Assembly: GCF_001447785.1 (NCBI RefSeq)
Contig: NW_015167069.1
Location: forward strand, 575,374 to 639,373
From: Gekko japonicus
Taxonomy: Eukaryota
Direction of reading: 5' to 3'
DNA: 64,000 nt
The position numbers and the translations under genes were made by a program. Shown here piece by piece: positions 24,525 to 37,117 of the stretch (position 1 is its first letter; the number at the start of each line of letters is the position of its first letter). The notes beneath the pieces were generated by a model. That model did not search any database. It was not told the origin of the DNA and saw only the letters and a list, made by a program, of their open reading frames with translations.

Positions 24525-24890
24525 CATTGCAAAAGTGCTCTAGGTGTATATCCTCTGTAGCTGATTCCTACACAGCTTTCTGGATGCCATAGAGCTGTGC
24601 GCTTCCAGGAGCATGTGTGCTTCTGCACCAAGGAGGCTGACCTTACACCCATCAGGGCAGGGATTTCATCATTCAGAGGCTTTCCCAATGTGGTGTGGAC
24701 CGCACACACATAGCCCTCATTGACCCCTGGAAGAAGAAACATGCTGACCATAATTGCCACCACTTTTACAGCCTGAATGTTCAGGCCTCCTGTGACCATA
24801 TTCACAGATCTTGTGGCCAAGTTCCCAGGCACCCAGTTCCATGGACCTTGTGGCCAAATTCAGAAGAACTTTGGTTAGTATCCTGAGCTG
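24525..24890 (+). pseudogene. PIF/Harbinger (HARBI1-like) DDE transposase relic
   Basis: Frameshifted GFPNVV..DRTHIAL..P...HFYSLNVQASCDH..FTDLVAKFPG, matching the Harbinger D-x-THI and YS-x-NVQ motifs; possible TIR AGGATTGCTCTG near 25782-25793. Confidence 0.7.
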
Positions 24891-26555
24891 CTTGGGTTCC
24901 CCAGGGCATGGCCACAGCTGAGTAGGGGAGAGTGAAAATGGAGTTACCATGGCAGCAATGGGCTGTGCCACCATTTTTGCCGGTGCAGTTTTGCACCTGT
25001 TCTGGGGGGTGTCCCCATGCTGAAAATGTTTTTGATAGTTAGCTGTAGGGTTGCAACCCCCCCCCCCAGTTTTACATCAACACAAAGAAACACTGTGATG
25101 AAATTGACAATAACATTTAATAATTCCTATAAACATCAGTAAAAACTTATGCAATGTAACTCAGGACATTCTAACATATTCAAGAAAAAGTCCAAAATCC
25201 TCTATGAGCACCCAGTTTTATACTCATTTCAAAAATATTCCTCAGGAGTAGTCCTGTTATGTTAGAAGGTGTCAGCCTCTTGATACAGTTTAAATACTTC
25301 TGGCCACCGTGGACTGTGGTGACCGAGGGCACCCAGGCATCCATTTTCTTTGGTGCCCTGTGCACTGTGTCTGGAGCACCACTGTGGGGTGCCAGTGAGG
25401 CTGATGCCCCCCTCCCCACTGACAGGTAGCTGGGTCTTGTGACGGGAGCTGGTCTCTTTAAGGGGGGTTTCTGGCAGAGGAGGAGCATTGCTCCTCTGGC
25501 CTGCCCCTCTCCGCCCCCTGCCAGTGACAGATACTTGGCTCTGCCTCCACGACTCATGGCTCCCATTGGTCCTACCTGCTCTCTCATGCCGCCCCCGCCT
25601 TGCAACAATGCCCGAACAGAATGCTGAGGCTGAATTGTTATGGACACAGTGGCGGCAGTGGATGGCAACAATGTTGGGACACCTTTTCCCCATTCACCTG
25701 CCATGTAACTATCCCCTTCTGGAAGTGACTGGCAGTGTCGCAGCTGCACGGCAGCTGGCCCCCACAGCGCTGGTGTGGCTCAGGATTGCTCTGTACTGGT
25801 AGTAGTTTTCATTTTCTTATTCAACTTTGTTAATTCTTGAACATTTGATTCCAGGCCTGTTAGGCAGCAGCACATGTGGCATCCCTTTGTGTGAGCTGAG
25901 AGCCATACATTTGGTAAGCAGCACTTTGATATACCGGCATGGAATGGCCAACACCACTTGCTAATAACAGGAATTTTCAATCATGTGAATAAGTATTGGT
26001 AGACGGAAGGGATAGAAGTACTGGCTAATGTCACAAAGGAACAAAAGCCTGCATATTCAGATGGTACACCTGTATTGGTCACCATTGTAGTTCCCAGGAA
26101 AAAAGATACATTTGAGAGAATTTCTTCCTGGTTAAAAAAAAAATAAAATCACGGGATTCCCCAGCCTCTTACTTTGTAGACAAAATAAAGGCAGACAGAT
26201 GTGGAGAGAATCTGAGTAGCACATCTATATATCATAAAATCACTAACACCCCTTGTCTGAAAATCCACTATTTCCTGCTTGCTGCATTGGCTTTTAATTG
26301 CTTGGGGATTTAACATGACCTTCCTATCCATCTCCTTTCACCAGCACGTTCTTCTCTAGCTGCACTTACTTACCTGGTTGTCTAGGAAACTCACTACTAA
26401 GTCATATTGTGTTTGCTGGTCTTTCTCTTATTTATATCTGGAGGTCCAAAGACCCTTTCTTCAAAGTTTGAATTGGAGAGGGCCTGTACAGCTACCAGGG
26501 CTCAGCCCCAGAATGTCTATGTGATATCAGTTACCAGGTCTCTTCTTTGGAAGGA

Positions 26556-26750
26556 GAGGGGGTGTGGCACAATGGTACAGTACATGCTTTGCATGCACAA
26601 GGTCCCAGGTTCAATCATGGACTTCTCCAATTAGATATTGGGAAAGACCCCACTCTACAAAAGAGCCTAGAGAGCCACAGCCTACCAGGGCAGACTGCTG
26701 AGCTAGATGTACCAGTAGTAGGACTTGATGTAAGGGAGTTTCATATATCC
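26556..26750 (+). mobile_element. tRNA-derived SINE with CR1-type tail
   Basis: A box TGGCACAATGG and B box GGTTCAATC; same family as 5891-6070. Confidence 0.7.
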
Positions 26751-26762
26751 CATGCTTCCATA

Positions 26763-27045
26763 CCAGTTTGGTGTAGTGGTTAAGTGTGTGGACTCTAATC
26801 TGGGAGAACCGGGTTTGATTCCCCACTCCTCCACTTGCACCTGCTGATGTGACCTTGGGTCAGTCACAAGCTCTGGCACAGCTGTCCTTGAAAAAGAGCA
26901 GTTTGTGTCAGAATTCTCTCAGCCCCACCCATCTCACAGGGTGTCTGTTGTGGGGAGGGGAAGGGAAAAGGAGTTTGTAAACTGCTCTGAGACTCCAAGT
27001 GAAGGGTGGGGTATAAATCCAATCTCTTCTCTCTCTTCTCTCTTC
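26763..27045 (+). mobile_element. Squam3-like SINE, full length
   Basis: A and B boxes, CORE motif and CT-rich tail; homologous to 6105-6384. Confidence 0.85.
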
Positions 27046-27873
27046 TATAGTCTCTTTCTTTTACCATGGAGTAAACTGAAAGATATCCTTCTGAAGGTTA
27101 TTCTATCTCCTTGTCTTTTTCAAAATCAGTACGCTTTCAAATCAGTCTTCAAGATATGTCTTCAATTAGTTCACTCCACAATGTTTCTGAAACACAGCTA
27201 TTGCACCTACAGTGTTGTAGATGCAATTATCTATGTAGAAATGAATGTGTAAAGTGGAGGGAATGGATTGTCCTGCTGACTACACTCATTGTCTCCATTC
27301 ATTCAAGGGTCTGACACGTAGGTTTCTGTACCTCCATGCCTTGGATTAATTGGCAGTGTAGGTGATTTGTAACCCTCAATGTGTTGACATAGGCTGTAGT
27401 GAATCAAATAATAAGAAGTTGTCCTAGAACTGGAGCCTGGGTGTGATTAATCCCTCAAGCAAATAATTTCAGTTAAGAGGCCAGAGTTGCATAGTGGTTA
27501 GAGGACTAGACTAGGACCTAGGAAATTCACATTCAAATCACCATGCTGGCATGAAGTACTAAATTACCTGGGGCCAGTCACTCCCTCTTAACCTGACATA
27601 ACCTTGTTGGGGGGCTTAAACAGGGGAGAAAAGCCACACATGCTGTTCTTGAGCTCATGGGAGGAAAGGCTCACAATAGGTAGACAATACAGTCCAACGT
27701 CTTTCAGTCTTGTTCTGAATTGAAAACTCAGAACACAGTAAATCTTCAATCTCTGTAAAGGGTTATTGGACTGGAATCAAAGTTTCAGCTGTATAAAACC
27801 TTCCTATTCTTTACATCAAGGTGCAAATGTTGTCTTTGTTCTCTTTTTCCTGCCCTCTTTTGATTTACATCTG

Positions 27874-27876
<3 letters not shown>

Positions 27877-27938
<62 letters not shown>

Positions 27939-27993
27939 AAAAAAACAAAAAAACAAAAAAAAAAAAANNNNNNNNNNNNNNNNATAGATGAAC

Positions 27994-28040
<47 letters not shown>
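27877..28040. repeat. (GA)n microsatellites on either side of a gap
   Basis: Direct inspection. Confidence 0.95.
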
Positions 28041-28046
<6 letters not shown>

Positions 28047-28632
28047 AAGACCCTCAGAGTTCATAACAATAAAACCAGCAAGTAAAGTTTCTGTTTCAAT
28101 GCTTATATTTTCCACCAGAAGAAAAAAAAAAACTTCTGTTCCCACCAGATATATCAAAGAAGGAAACCGTTTCTGAAAAGGAGAGGAGAGAAGCATGGAA
28201 ACGTTCCTTGAATGAGATCCAGCTTTGAGAAGAGTGATTTGATTAATCTCTCCTCATCACCAGTCAAAAGCACAGGTTTAATTGGAACCTTAGAAGCACC
28301 AGTTGTCCAAGGGATCAAACTGTCATTAGAGGTAAAAGAGAGAAAACAAGATATTGAAATATGTGGCCTCATTGTCTGCTGTTGCCAAGTGCTGGAAAAT
28401 TGGCTGCAAAATTGTAAAAGAAAATTAAAATGCATAAAAACTTTGTTCAGATTACATGTGCGGGCTGTGTTAAACACACACATGCAAACAGATGGAGAGT
28501 AAGGGGGGGGGGAATAATCACACATAGACTCATGCCAATATAGACTTGTAATTAGGATGGAAAATACATGCAGCTCTTTTCATGATTCTAACCATTCAGC
28601 TGTCATGCCAAGACCACCATGGGGGTGGTGGG

Positions 28633-28830
28633 AAGTGCTTTCAAGTTGCAGCCAAATTATGGTTGCCCATAAGGCAAGAGACGAACAGAAGTGGTTTGCC
28701 ATTGCCTGCCTTTGTGTAGCAACCCTGGACTTCCTTGGTGGTCTCCCATCCAAGTACTAGCCAGGGTCAACCATGTTTAGGTTCTGAGATCTCATGAGAT
28801 CTGGTTCATCTGGGCCATCCAGGTTAGGGG
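28633..28830 (-). mobile_element. 5S rRNA-derived SINE (SINE3 type) with RTE-like tail
   Basis: GGTCTCCCATCCAAGTACTAGCCAGG is the antisense of the 5S internal control region; the tail includes GGCAATGGCAAACCAC. Confidence 0.75.
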
Positions 28831-28914
28831 AAGACTACCATAATCACACACTAATGCCCACCAGTTTTAACTCCCATTCACTGGACCTGTGAACCACCGG
28901 ATGGGGAAGCTAGT

Positions 28915-29094
28915 GGGTTAGATCCAGCCAGCTTTTGTACTCAATTTCACCTGATTCTCCATCCTACTACAGCTTATCATCCCTCATGTCTTCTGTCCAT
29001 ACAGGTCCTATGATGCCCAGCACAGCCCTTTAGGTGCTTAAAGAGGATCCCACCTCCTTTTTTCACCAGTGGAAAAGTTTGTTGGATCCAACCC
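28915..29094. mobile_element. Harbinger-like MITE (GGGTTGGATCCA TIR)
   Basis: TIRs plus 3-bp TSD AGT; sibling at 21353-21528. Confidence 0.7.
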
Positions 29095-29880
29095 AGTGTG
29101 TGGTGTAGTGACTTGAAATGTTTTACTAGGAGATCTGGTTTTAGCTCTCCCCTCTGCTTTGAAATGAAAAGTATGATCTTGAGGCAGTCATCTGAACCAG
29201 ACATCACAGAGCTGTTGTGAGAATAAAACAGAGGAGGGGATTACCATGAACTCTGTCCATAGCTCCTTGGAGGAAGGGCAGGGTAAACTGTAAGTGATAG
29301 ACTTCACTTATGAGATGTGAGCTCTGTAGGAATGCCAGGGGGTCCTCTATTGCTGCCATCTCCAGTCTCACCTTCACGTATTAGGCCATTTTTTTCTATA
29401 TCCAGGCAGAACATCCCCTCCAACATATGTTTATAACACCACCCTAAAGATTACTTGCCTATGGCCACCGTCTCTGTCACACATTGCCATATCGTCTTCG
29501 CTGCCTGATTCTCTATATAGTCCTTTATTCTGCACTGGCCAGTCTTGCACTGATTGAAAAAGCAAAAGGGTCTTTATGCCTTTGTGTAAAAGACAGTATA
29601 AAAAACTTTATTGCCCTACAGTTTGTTATCAGTAGTTCAGGGTGTACCAGCAGCTGCAGGGTATGAAATGACAGACTTCGTACTGCATGGATCCTTAATA
29701 TTTGTGTACATGCTTTTACCTGCATGTGCACTAGCAATAGTGTCAGTCAGTCTGGATTTGGAGATGAAAGTCCAGAGCCTTGGCCACATGTGTTTAGCAG
29801 GGAAGGCCCAAATGTAGGCTGTACATGGAGATGACTGAGCTTCCCCTCCCCAGTTCACCTCTATCTTTATTCCTCTACAT

Positions 29881-30255
29881 TAGGGTTGTCAGGTCCTACC
29901 TGGCTGCTAGCAGGGGGATCCGGGGCTCGTCCTGGGATATTCTGGTGTGCATACAAAGCATATGTGCCATGATGACATCACCCAGAAGTGACATCATCAC
30001 AATGCTGACATGGGGGGGTGACACTCTAGTTTTTGGGCAAAACTCTATGGTTTGAGCCCAATTTTACCATAAAGTTTTGCCCAAAACATGAGCATCACCC
30101 TGATGTCAGTGACATAATGACATCACTTACAGATGGCATCATTACATCACATTCAGGGGCAGGGTTCCCTCCTCACCAGCCACCTGGCTGGTGGAGGAAA
30201 GAAGCCCACAAAAAGCAGGGGAACCCCTGCCCGGACTGGGGACCTGGCAACCCTA
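29881..30255. mobile_element. hAT MITE (TAGGGTTGCCA family) with palindromic centre
   Basis: TIRs; 8-bp TSD CTCTACAT/TTCTATAT. Confidence 0.8.
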
Positions 30256-30395
30256 TTCTATATCCTCTCCAAAAGCATTATGGAAATAATCGTTTCCAGA
30301 ATACATGGATCACAGAATGTATGGGGGAATATGTACAGAAATAAAGAATGATGGAAAGATGACACTCAAAGTATTTTTTCCCTCCTCTTTGCTCT

Positions 30396-30673
30396 TATTG
30401 TGTAGTGGGTTGCCGCATGGACGAACGACAAACAACAACGTAGTGCATAGCACGCTTTATTGGTACACAACAAGACAGGGAACAACGGCCAGCAGGCCAA
30501 CTATATACACAACCAGGGGACCCACCCCTGGGTCCCATTGGCAGGTTTGAATCTCCCGCCACGGTCCCATTGGTTCCCCCAGTGGAGGGACTAGGATCGT
30601 AGTCCCTATTGTTATGCCGGACTGAAGCTCAGGAGTGTGCGCTGGCCTCTGGTGGTGGTCAGCGGACACAACA
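30396..30673 (-). mobile_element. Solo LTR (278 bp), probably Gypsy-type
   Basis: T(A)TTGTGT...ACACAACA termini; 5-bp TSD GCTCT; minus-strand CCAAT x2, TATA and AATAAA in the expected order. Confidence 0.85.
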
Positions 30674-33099
30674 GCTCTCCCCTGGCTGCTACATCCTCAA
30701 GGGTGGGGAAAGAAGGACAACGTTTTTCACTGGGTTGGATCTGAGCCAGAGTGGAATTTGACTGCTAGGAAAGTCATCCCAAACTCAGAGCCAAAGTAGC
30801 ACAAACGTTTCAGGTCTCTCTCATATTCGTCAGATCTTGTGTTGAAAGGTGTGGGCCATAAGACTATGAAAATTACCTAACTGTACTGCTAGGTGATACC
30901 TGCATGCAGGAATCTAATTTCTAAGACCCTGTAGATTTTGGAAGAATGATAACTTGGCATATCACACTAGCAACATCTTAACAAGATATCTCCAAAAAGG
31001 CAAAAAGAAAATGAGTTCCAATAGGAATGGGGGGGGGGGTTTCCCCAGGAAAAGGGGACCAGAATACAGGAACTGTTCCTGGTAAATCAGGACAGTTGGT
31101 ACAGAGTGAAGAGACAGATTCAGTTGCAGTTGCAAGAGACATGGAATATAAACTTTGCATCCAGTTCTACCTAGGAAATACAAATTTACTGACTGAGATA
31201 AATTGCTACCCTAAACAACTATTTGTAAAACCATTCCAGACTCCATTCCTGTTTGAACCTTGCCAATATCTCTTTAGTCTATTTGCTGCCCACTTATCTA
31301 ACCAATGTCCTAGACAGAGCTGTCTATGATGACTCTCTTGTATACCAATATAGACATATTTTTTCTAGCCTTTGTATATATGTCTGTCCTTCTGTCAGCT
31401 ACTTAACAACTGTAATTTGAACAACAAATATCTCTCACTTCCATACTGTATGGTGGAGCCTTAGTCCACTACTCTAGCCATGATTAGTGTATACCATAAA
31501 AAACCCAAAGCATACCAATGGTACGGAATAGTGCCTCAGCATCTCACAAAAATTAGGCAAAGTGTACAGTCTGAAATATCTTTTACTTTATAACTCCACA
31601 GTTTGAAACAAAATTGTAGCCCAAATGGACTTTCATTATATGCATTTTTGAAAAGACAGGTCTGTGCAGATATTATATTCCCTGCCCAAGAATAAATTCC
31701 TGGATGTAGACATCCAGTGGAGGGCTGTGGTTTCTCCATGGAAAAGGAAATGTATTGTCTGAACATGCACAAAAAACAATATATGCCATTAACACTTTAT
31801 ATCAGTATGTGTCTTGAAAATGGGGGAAAACACAAGCACTGGTAAGGTAATCTAGAGAAATATTTCCTAGCGGTATAATTCTGAATGTGCCTATCACATT
31901 TTTTTTTTAAGTATCTTATGCTTTCTATAAGTAACTTAGGGTGGCATACATAGGGTTCTCTCCTCCTTTTTATCTTCATAAGAATCCCGCAGGCAGGTTA
32001 GGCTGAAATAAGCAACTGATCCATGCCACTAATAAGCTTCAGGTCTCAGAAATTGGGGTGCCAGCTTCAGGTTGGGAAATGGTGGGAAATGTCAGGGTAC
32101 AACCAGGGAGGGTGGGTTTTGGGAGGGGATGGACCTCAGTAGGATATAAGGCCATATTGTTTACCTTCCAAAGCAGCCATTTTCTCAAGGGGAACTGATC
32201 TCTGCTGTCTGGAGATCAGCTGTGATTCTGGAACATCTCCAAGCTCCACCTGGAGGTTGGCAACCCTGCTGATGGGTGAGTTGGACCTGGGTCTCCCCAA
32301 GTCAAAGTCCAGCACTTTAGCCTCTATATCAAACTGGCTCTTCTCATCACATGGCACACCAGGATCTGAACTGTCTACTTTACATTACGGTTTTATTTAA
32401 GTGTGATCTATGCCTCCTCTCCATTTTCAGGCCTGGTTTAGTCCCCAAAGCCATTCACTGCCCCCCTCCCCATTTGCCATTCATGATTCCCATTTGTCAA
32501 CATTTTCCTTCAGGTTAGGGTTCCCTCCAACAATTCCTTGTTATCTCTGTATCCTGAGTACATTTTAAACTTGCCCTTCTTTAAGGAAGCTCCAAGTAGC
32601 ATATGTGGTTCCCCATTCCTCATTCTATAATGTGAGGTAGTTGAGGCTGTCAAAAAGTGACTGGCCAATGCTTACCCAGCAACCTTTTCTGCAGAGTGGA
32701 AACTGGAGTCTGGGTGTCTTAGATCCTAGCATAACAGTCTACTCACTACACTACATGAGCTCTTAGGATCAGGTCATCTCAGAGGTCCAGAGGGGCCTGA
32801 TTTATGTCCAGCTTTTAAGGGCCCTACTCAAAATAATTTTTGAAACAAAATAAGGCATTGCAAAAGAAGAGTGAGACATAATTTGAATATTTTTAATTAA
32901 CAAATACTTCCCCCCCTAGTCATTTTTGAAGCCCCTCCCTTGAGCTTGAGTCCCAGGCCAGTTGACCCTCTGCCCCAAACTCTACTCTGGTGTCATGTAG
33001 GGAATGCGACAGTAGGTAAAATATGGCTACATGTTGAAGGCAAACAAAGACAATTTATCAGTGATTCCTAAACTGCTCACATAGGGTTCATGTAGTGAA

Positions 33100-33680
33100 T
33101 CACTTGTGTGGGCATGCATTCGACTGGTATTGTGCTGCTTGCATAGGCTACCAATTGAGGACCAGATCCATTTCAAGGTGTTGGTATTAATCTTCAGAGC
33201 CTTACATGGCCTGGGACCAACACATCTGAAGGACCGCCTCTTCCCATATGTACCCCAAAGAGCCTTGCACTCACAGGATCAACATCTGCTGGTTACCCCC
33301 AGCCTGAGGGACGTCCACTTAGCCTCAACCAGGGCCAGGGCTTTTTCCGCCCTGGCTCCTGCCTGGTGGAATCAGCTCCCACTGGAGATCGGGGCCCTGT
33401 AGGACCTTTGATCATTCTGCAGGGCCTGCAAAATGGAGCTGTTCTGCCAGGCCTTTGGTTGAGGTGGTGGATGTCCATCACAGTTGGCCTCTCTGCTCTC
33501 AATGTGGCTCCCAATCTGCTGAAAGGGCCTATGGCTCTAACAGATAACAGCTTTCAATGTGATTTTATTGTAATGAGTCTTGGACTCGGCTTTTGTGATC
33601 TGCCCTGAGCCCACTTTGGGGAGGGTGGAATAAAAATCTCATAAATAAATAAATAAATAAACAAATAAACAAATAAATAA
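33100..33680 (+). mobile_element. L2 LINE 3' fragment
   Basis: LHRLPIEDQIHFKVLVLIFRALHGLGPTHL..ARAFSALAPAWWNQLP; stem-loop plus (AAAT)n tail. Confidence 0.9.
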
Positions 33681-34027
33681 GTCATGATGCTACATAGCCA
33701 GTTAGATCGCCCACAGATTGATATTACTGAAGACAACAGGAGCCCAGAGTGAATGCAGTGATTAATGAATAGGTACATATATCCTCTCCCTTCATAAACA
33801 CCCTCCCCCAAATCCAAAAGAGGTCATACCTCTTGACTCTGATTAAAATGTTTGCCCCCCCCCCAAAAAAAAATCACACAGACACACTCACCTTCTCAGC
33901 TTAGTCTATTCAGTATTACTGATGGACCAAAAGATAAGCAGCGACACTTGTGTGCAAGCCACATGTATGCACCAGGTCATAATGAATGACAGGCTGCTGA
34001 GTGTGTGACTTGAGGCCACTGAAAGGG

Positions 34028-34319
34028 CTTATATTTGGGGTTCAGAACCTAAAAAGGTTAGTCAAGAATAGAAGAGGACCAACTCTAAAAATCTAATTAT
34101 GAAACATACAAAAATATACATGTATTTATTCAACACAAATTAAAATAACAAATAAGGGCCCATTGTGTTGAATAAATACATGTATATTTTTGTATGTTTC
34201 ATAATTAGATTTTTAGAGTTGGTCCTCTTCTATTCTTGACTAACCTTTTTAGGTTCTGAATTCTAGGTTTTAGGTTCAGTTTTTTTCCCTTTTCTCTTTT
34301 TTGTCCTTATATTTGGGGT
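34028..34319. repeat. Foldback insertion: perfect 98-bp inverted repeat with a 14-bp TSD
   Basis: Arms 34041-34138 and 34163-34260 with a 24-bp spacer; CTTATATTTGGGGT at 34028-34041 and 34306-34319. Confidence 0.9.
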
Positions 34320-34887
34320 GACACAGGATGATATGCAAGTCTTATCTGTGGTGTGAGGTCTGCATTGACAGCTTCACACAGGCAAGTCATCACGATGTTG
34401 CAGCTATCACCTGATGTTGCAATCATCAAGTGATAAGCTGACATTTGTGAGCTGGTCCATCTCCCCCCACCACCACCATAGTGTTAAATCACCATGGAGG
34501 CTACAGGGAAATAATGAGGAGCTATGGATTTTTGGGGAAAAAATAAAATGTTTTCTCCTCCCAAGTGAGCAGAACTAAGAAAGGATAATCAATAAATGAT
34601 GTGAACACAGAGAAAAATCTGATTTTAATGAGGTACTTTGTTTTCTGAAAGTACCTTGTTTTCTTCTCATTTCTTTGATTGCAGTCGCTTCTCTGTTCTC
34701 AGCCCCTGCCCGCTTCAAGGACCACTTGAAACAGGTCTCCGTGTACAGCAATTGATTTCTGTTTTCAGTTCAGCCTAATTTTGCTGAAGTTAAAGTCAGT
34801 GCATAATGAAGTTAACGGTGATGACTACAATAAAGAATGATCCCTTCAGAATGGGAATATAAATTAGCTACCCATCAAAACAACAGT

Positions 34888-35419
34888 GGCCCCTGCCACA
34901 CGGGCAGGAAACTGCAGAGGAGAAGTGTGGCTGTTTGCCCCGGGGCAAACTAACATGCAGTAAAGTGATCAGACCTACTGTGGAGGTTCTGTGGAGGTAC
35001 TGTGGAGGTTCCATGGCAAGGGAGAGGTGCCGATCACAACACACGCCTGCGCGCAATGAAGAAGCGCGCGGCGCGGCGAACTGGTTTTCTTTTTTATGTG
35101 TACACTACGAATGCGCATGCTCCGTTGGGTGCGTGTGCGCATCCACGGAGACGTGGGGGAAAAAAACCCCTTTTCCGCAAGGGGACATGGGCGGGCGCCG
35201 GATACCACCGGAAACGCGATCAGACGCCCGCCCTTGCCCCGCAGTTTCTGGAAACTAGTACCTCCAAGGTACTAGTTTTTTGCTGCGCTTTTTCGGCAGG
35301 AAGCCTCAGTTGTGCCACAGAAGCACTACGCTTCCCAGATGTGCTGGTGAGATCGCGACCGGAAACTCCGCTTGTCTTCCGTATCTCTTGCGTGGCTAAT
35401 GTTGCGTGTGACCGCAGCC
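34888..35419. mobile_element. PIF/Harbinger-like MITE, copy 3 (inverted relative to copy 2)
   Basis: GGC..GNCACACG-type TIRs; 3-bp TSD AGT; CpG-rich. Confidence 0.8.
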
Positions 35420-36070
35420 AGTGTCCTATAAAAGTTAAAAATACAATAATGAGTTGTGGGGGGAAAGGAGAGCAGAATGAAAAGGAAGACCAGCCCTTGC
35501 TCTAAATATCACTCTGCTGAGCTCTTGGCTCAGGAAGGAGATCAGGTGACATGACTGTCTCAGTTGGCTGAGTCTGGGTGCCATTAAAAATGACAGAATG
35601 ACAGGGCGGGGAAGAAAGGACTGATCTATTAGACAAAATCCATCAGAGTTTTATTTATTTAGAACATTTGTATCCTGCTCTTCCAAATAAAACTGAGAAC
35701 AGCTAACACAAATGAATAACAATAATTACAGTTCAACACATAAATAATAATAAAAATAATAAAACTAAGATCCACTCCATAATACAACAAACTAAAACAT
35801 TATTTTCACAAGCTTCAGCAATTAACAGATTTTGCCACTCAAGCAAATGACACAAACACATGAAGCTGTCTTATACTGAGTCAGACCACTGACTGATCAA
35901 GGTCAGTATTGCCTACTCTGACAGGCAGTAGCTCTCCAGGATCTCAGACAGATGTCTTACTACTACATTCTTTTTAACTAACTGGAGATGCTAGAGACTG
36001 AACCTGGGACTTTCTGCATGCAAAGCATATGCTCCACCACTGAGCCATGGCTTCACATCACCATGTCAGT

Positions 36071-36403
36071 TAGGGTTGCCAAATCTTTTTTACCTGCCGG
36101 TGGGGGGCTCCTGCCCGGCGTCTTGGGTGTGCGCATGCACGCTTTGTGCTCGCGCGCCGCCCGGATGTGGCGTCATGACACTGGGTACTCTGGGGCGGGG
36201 CCACAGCCATTTGAGGGGAAAACTCTATGTTTTCCCCTCAAATGGCTGTGGCCCCGCCCCCAGCGTGCCCGGTGTCATGACGTCACATCCGGGCGGCGCG
36301 CGGGCGGGGGTGGGGTTTCCCCCGGGGTCCGATTCCTCAGGGGCAGAAATTGGACCTCCAAAGCGGGGGGAAATCTGCCCCCCGGGCAGACTTGGCAACC
36401 CTA
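36071..36403. mobile_element. Young hAT MITE (TAGGGTTGCCA), CpG-rich, long internal palindrome
   Basis: TIRs plus a perfect 8-bp TSD ATGTCAGT. Confidence 0.9.
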
Positions 36404-36552
36404 ATGTCAGTGTCCATAAATCATCCAAAACCTGTCAACAGAAGGCTGTCTGGAATAACCAGGTCTTCAAGGCTTTTCTGAAGATTATTACCTCAGGGAA
36501 GATGTTCCACCATGGGGGAGGATCTATGTATGGTCAGGAGAGGTTATTGTGA

Positions 36553-36942
36553 ATGTCTGCCTCAACTAGGGCCAAGGCCTTCTCAGCCCTGGCTGGTGGA
36601 ATGAGCTCCCATTGGAAATTAGGGCCCTGTGAGAGCTTTTACAGTTCCACAGGGCCCGTAAGATGGAGCTCTTCTGCCAGGCCTCCAGTTGAGGCAGCGG
36701 ATATCCAACTCAATCCAGCCTTCCCCCTCTTCCCCCCAGTGAATCACACTCATGTGTCTGTTGAGGTATAATTTATGTTAAAGTATTTATTGCTGTAGTT
36801 ATTTTATTGTATTTATCGTATGTATTTTGTGATCTTGTTTTTATTGTTGTAAATCTGCACTCAGCATATTATCATAGGCTGGAACCCACCCTGAGCCTGC
36901 TTTGTGGGAAGGGTGGGATATAAATTGAAGAAAATAAATAAA
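36553..36942 (+). mobile_element. L2 LINE 3' fragment
   Basis: STRAKAFSALA; CCACCCTGAGCCTG..GGGTGGGATATAAAT tail. Confidence 0.8.
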
Positions 36943-37117
36943 CTTTCCGGTAGTGAAATCATATTGCCACTTAATCTCACTCAGCATAGTCACCTCCCAC
37001 CACTGCATTTATGACAATTAGCTCCAAACAAGGAATTTTTTTGTCAACCAACTCAGTTATTATAGAAAGAATTTGATTAGACCCACAAACCACTTCCACA
37101 AAAGTACTTGCTCCTAA

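Noticed and set aside
26556-26640. tRNA gene-like A/B boxes (also 5S-like segments elsewhere)
   Set aside because: They are degenerate SINE heads attached to SINE bodies, with no intact cloverleaf or full 5S gene.
27870-28050. Duplicated TGAACG(GA)n block
   Set aside because: The copies sit on either side of an N gap, so this is probably an assembly overlap or haplotype artefact.
34041-34260. Mitochondrial control-region insert (TACAT/ATGTA motifs)
   Set aside because: Only short AT-rich motifs are present, with no conserved sequence blocks or adjacent mt-tRNA; cannot be supported without a search.
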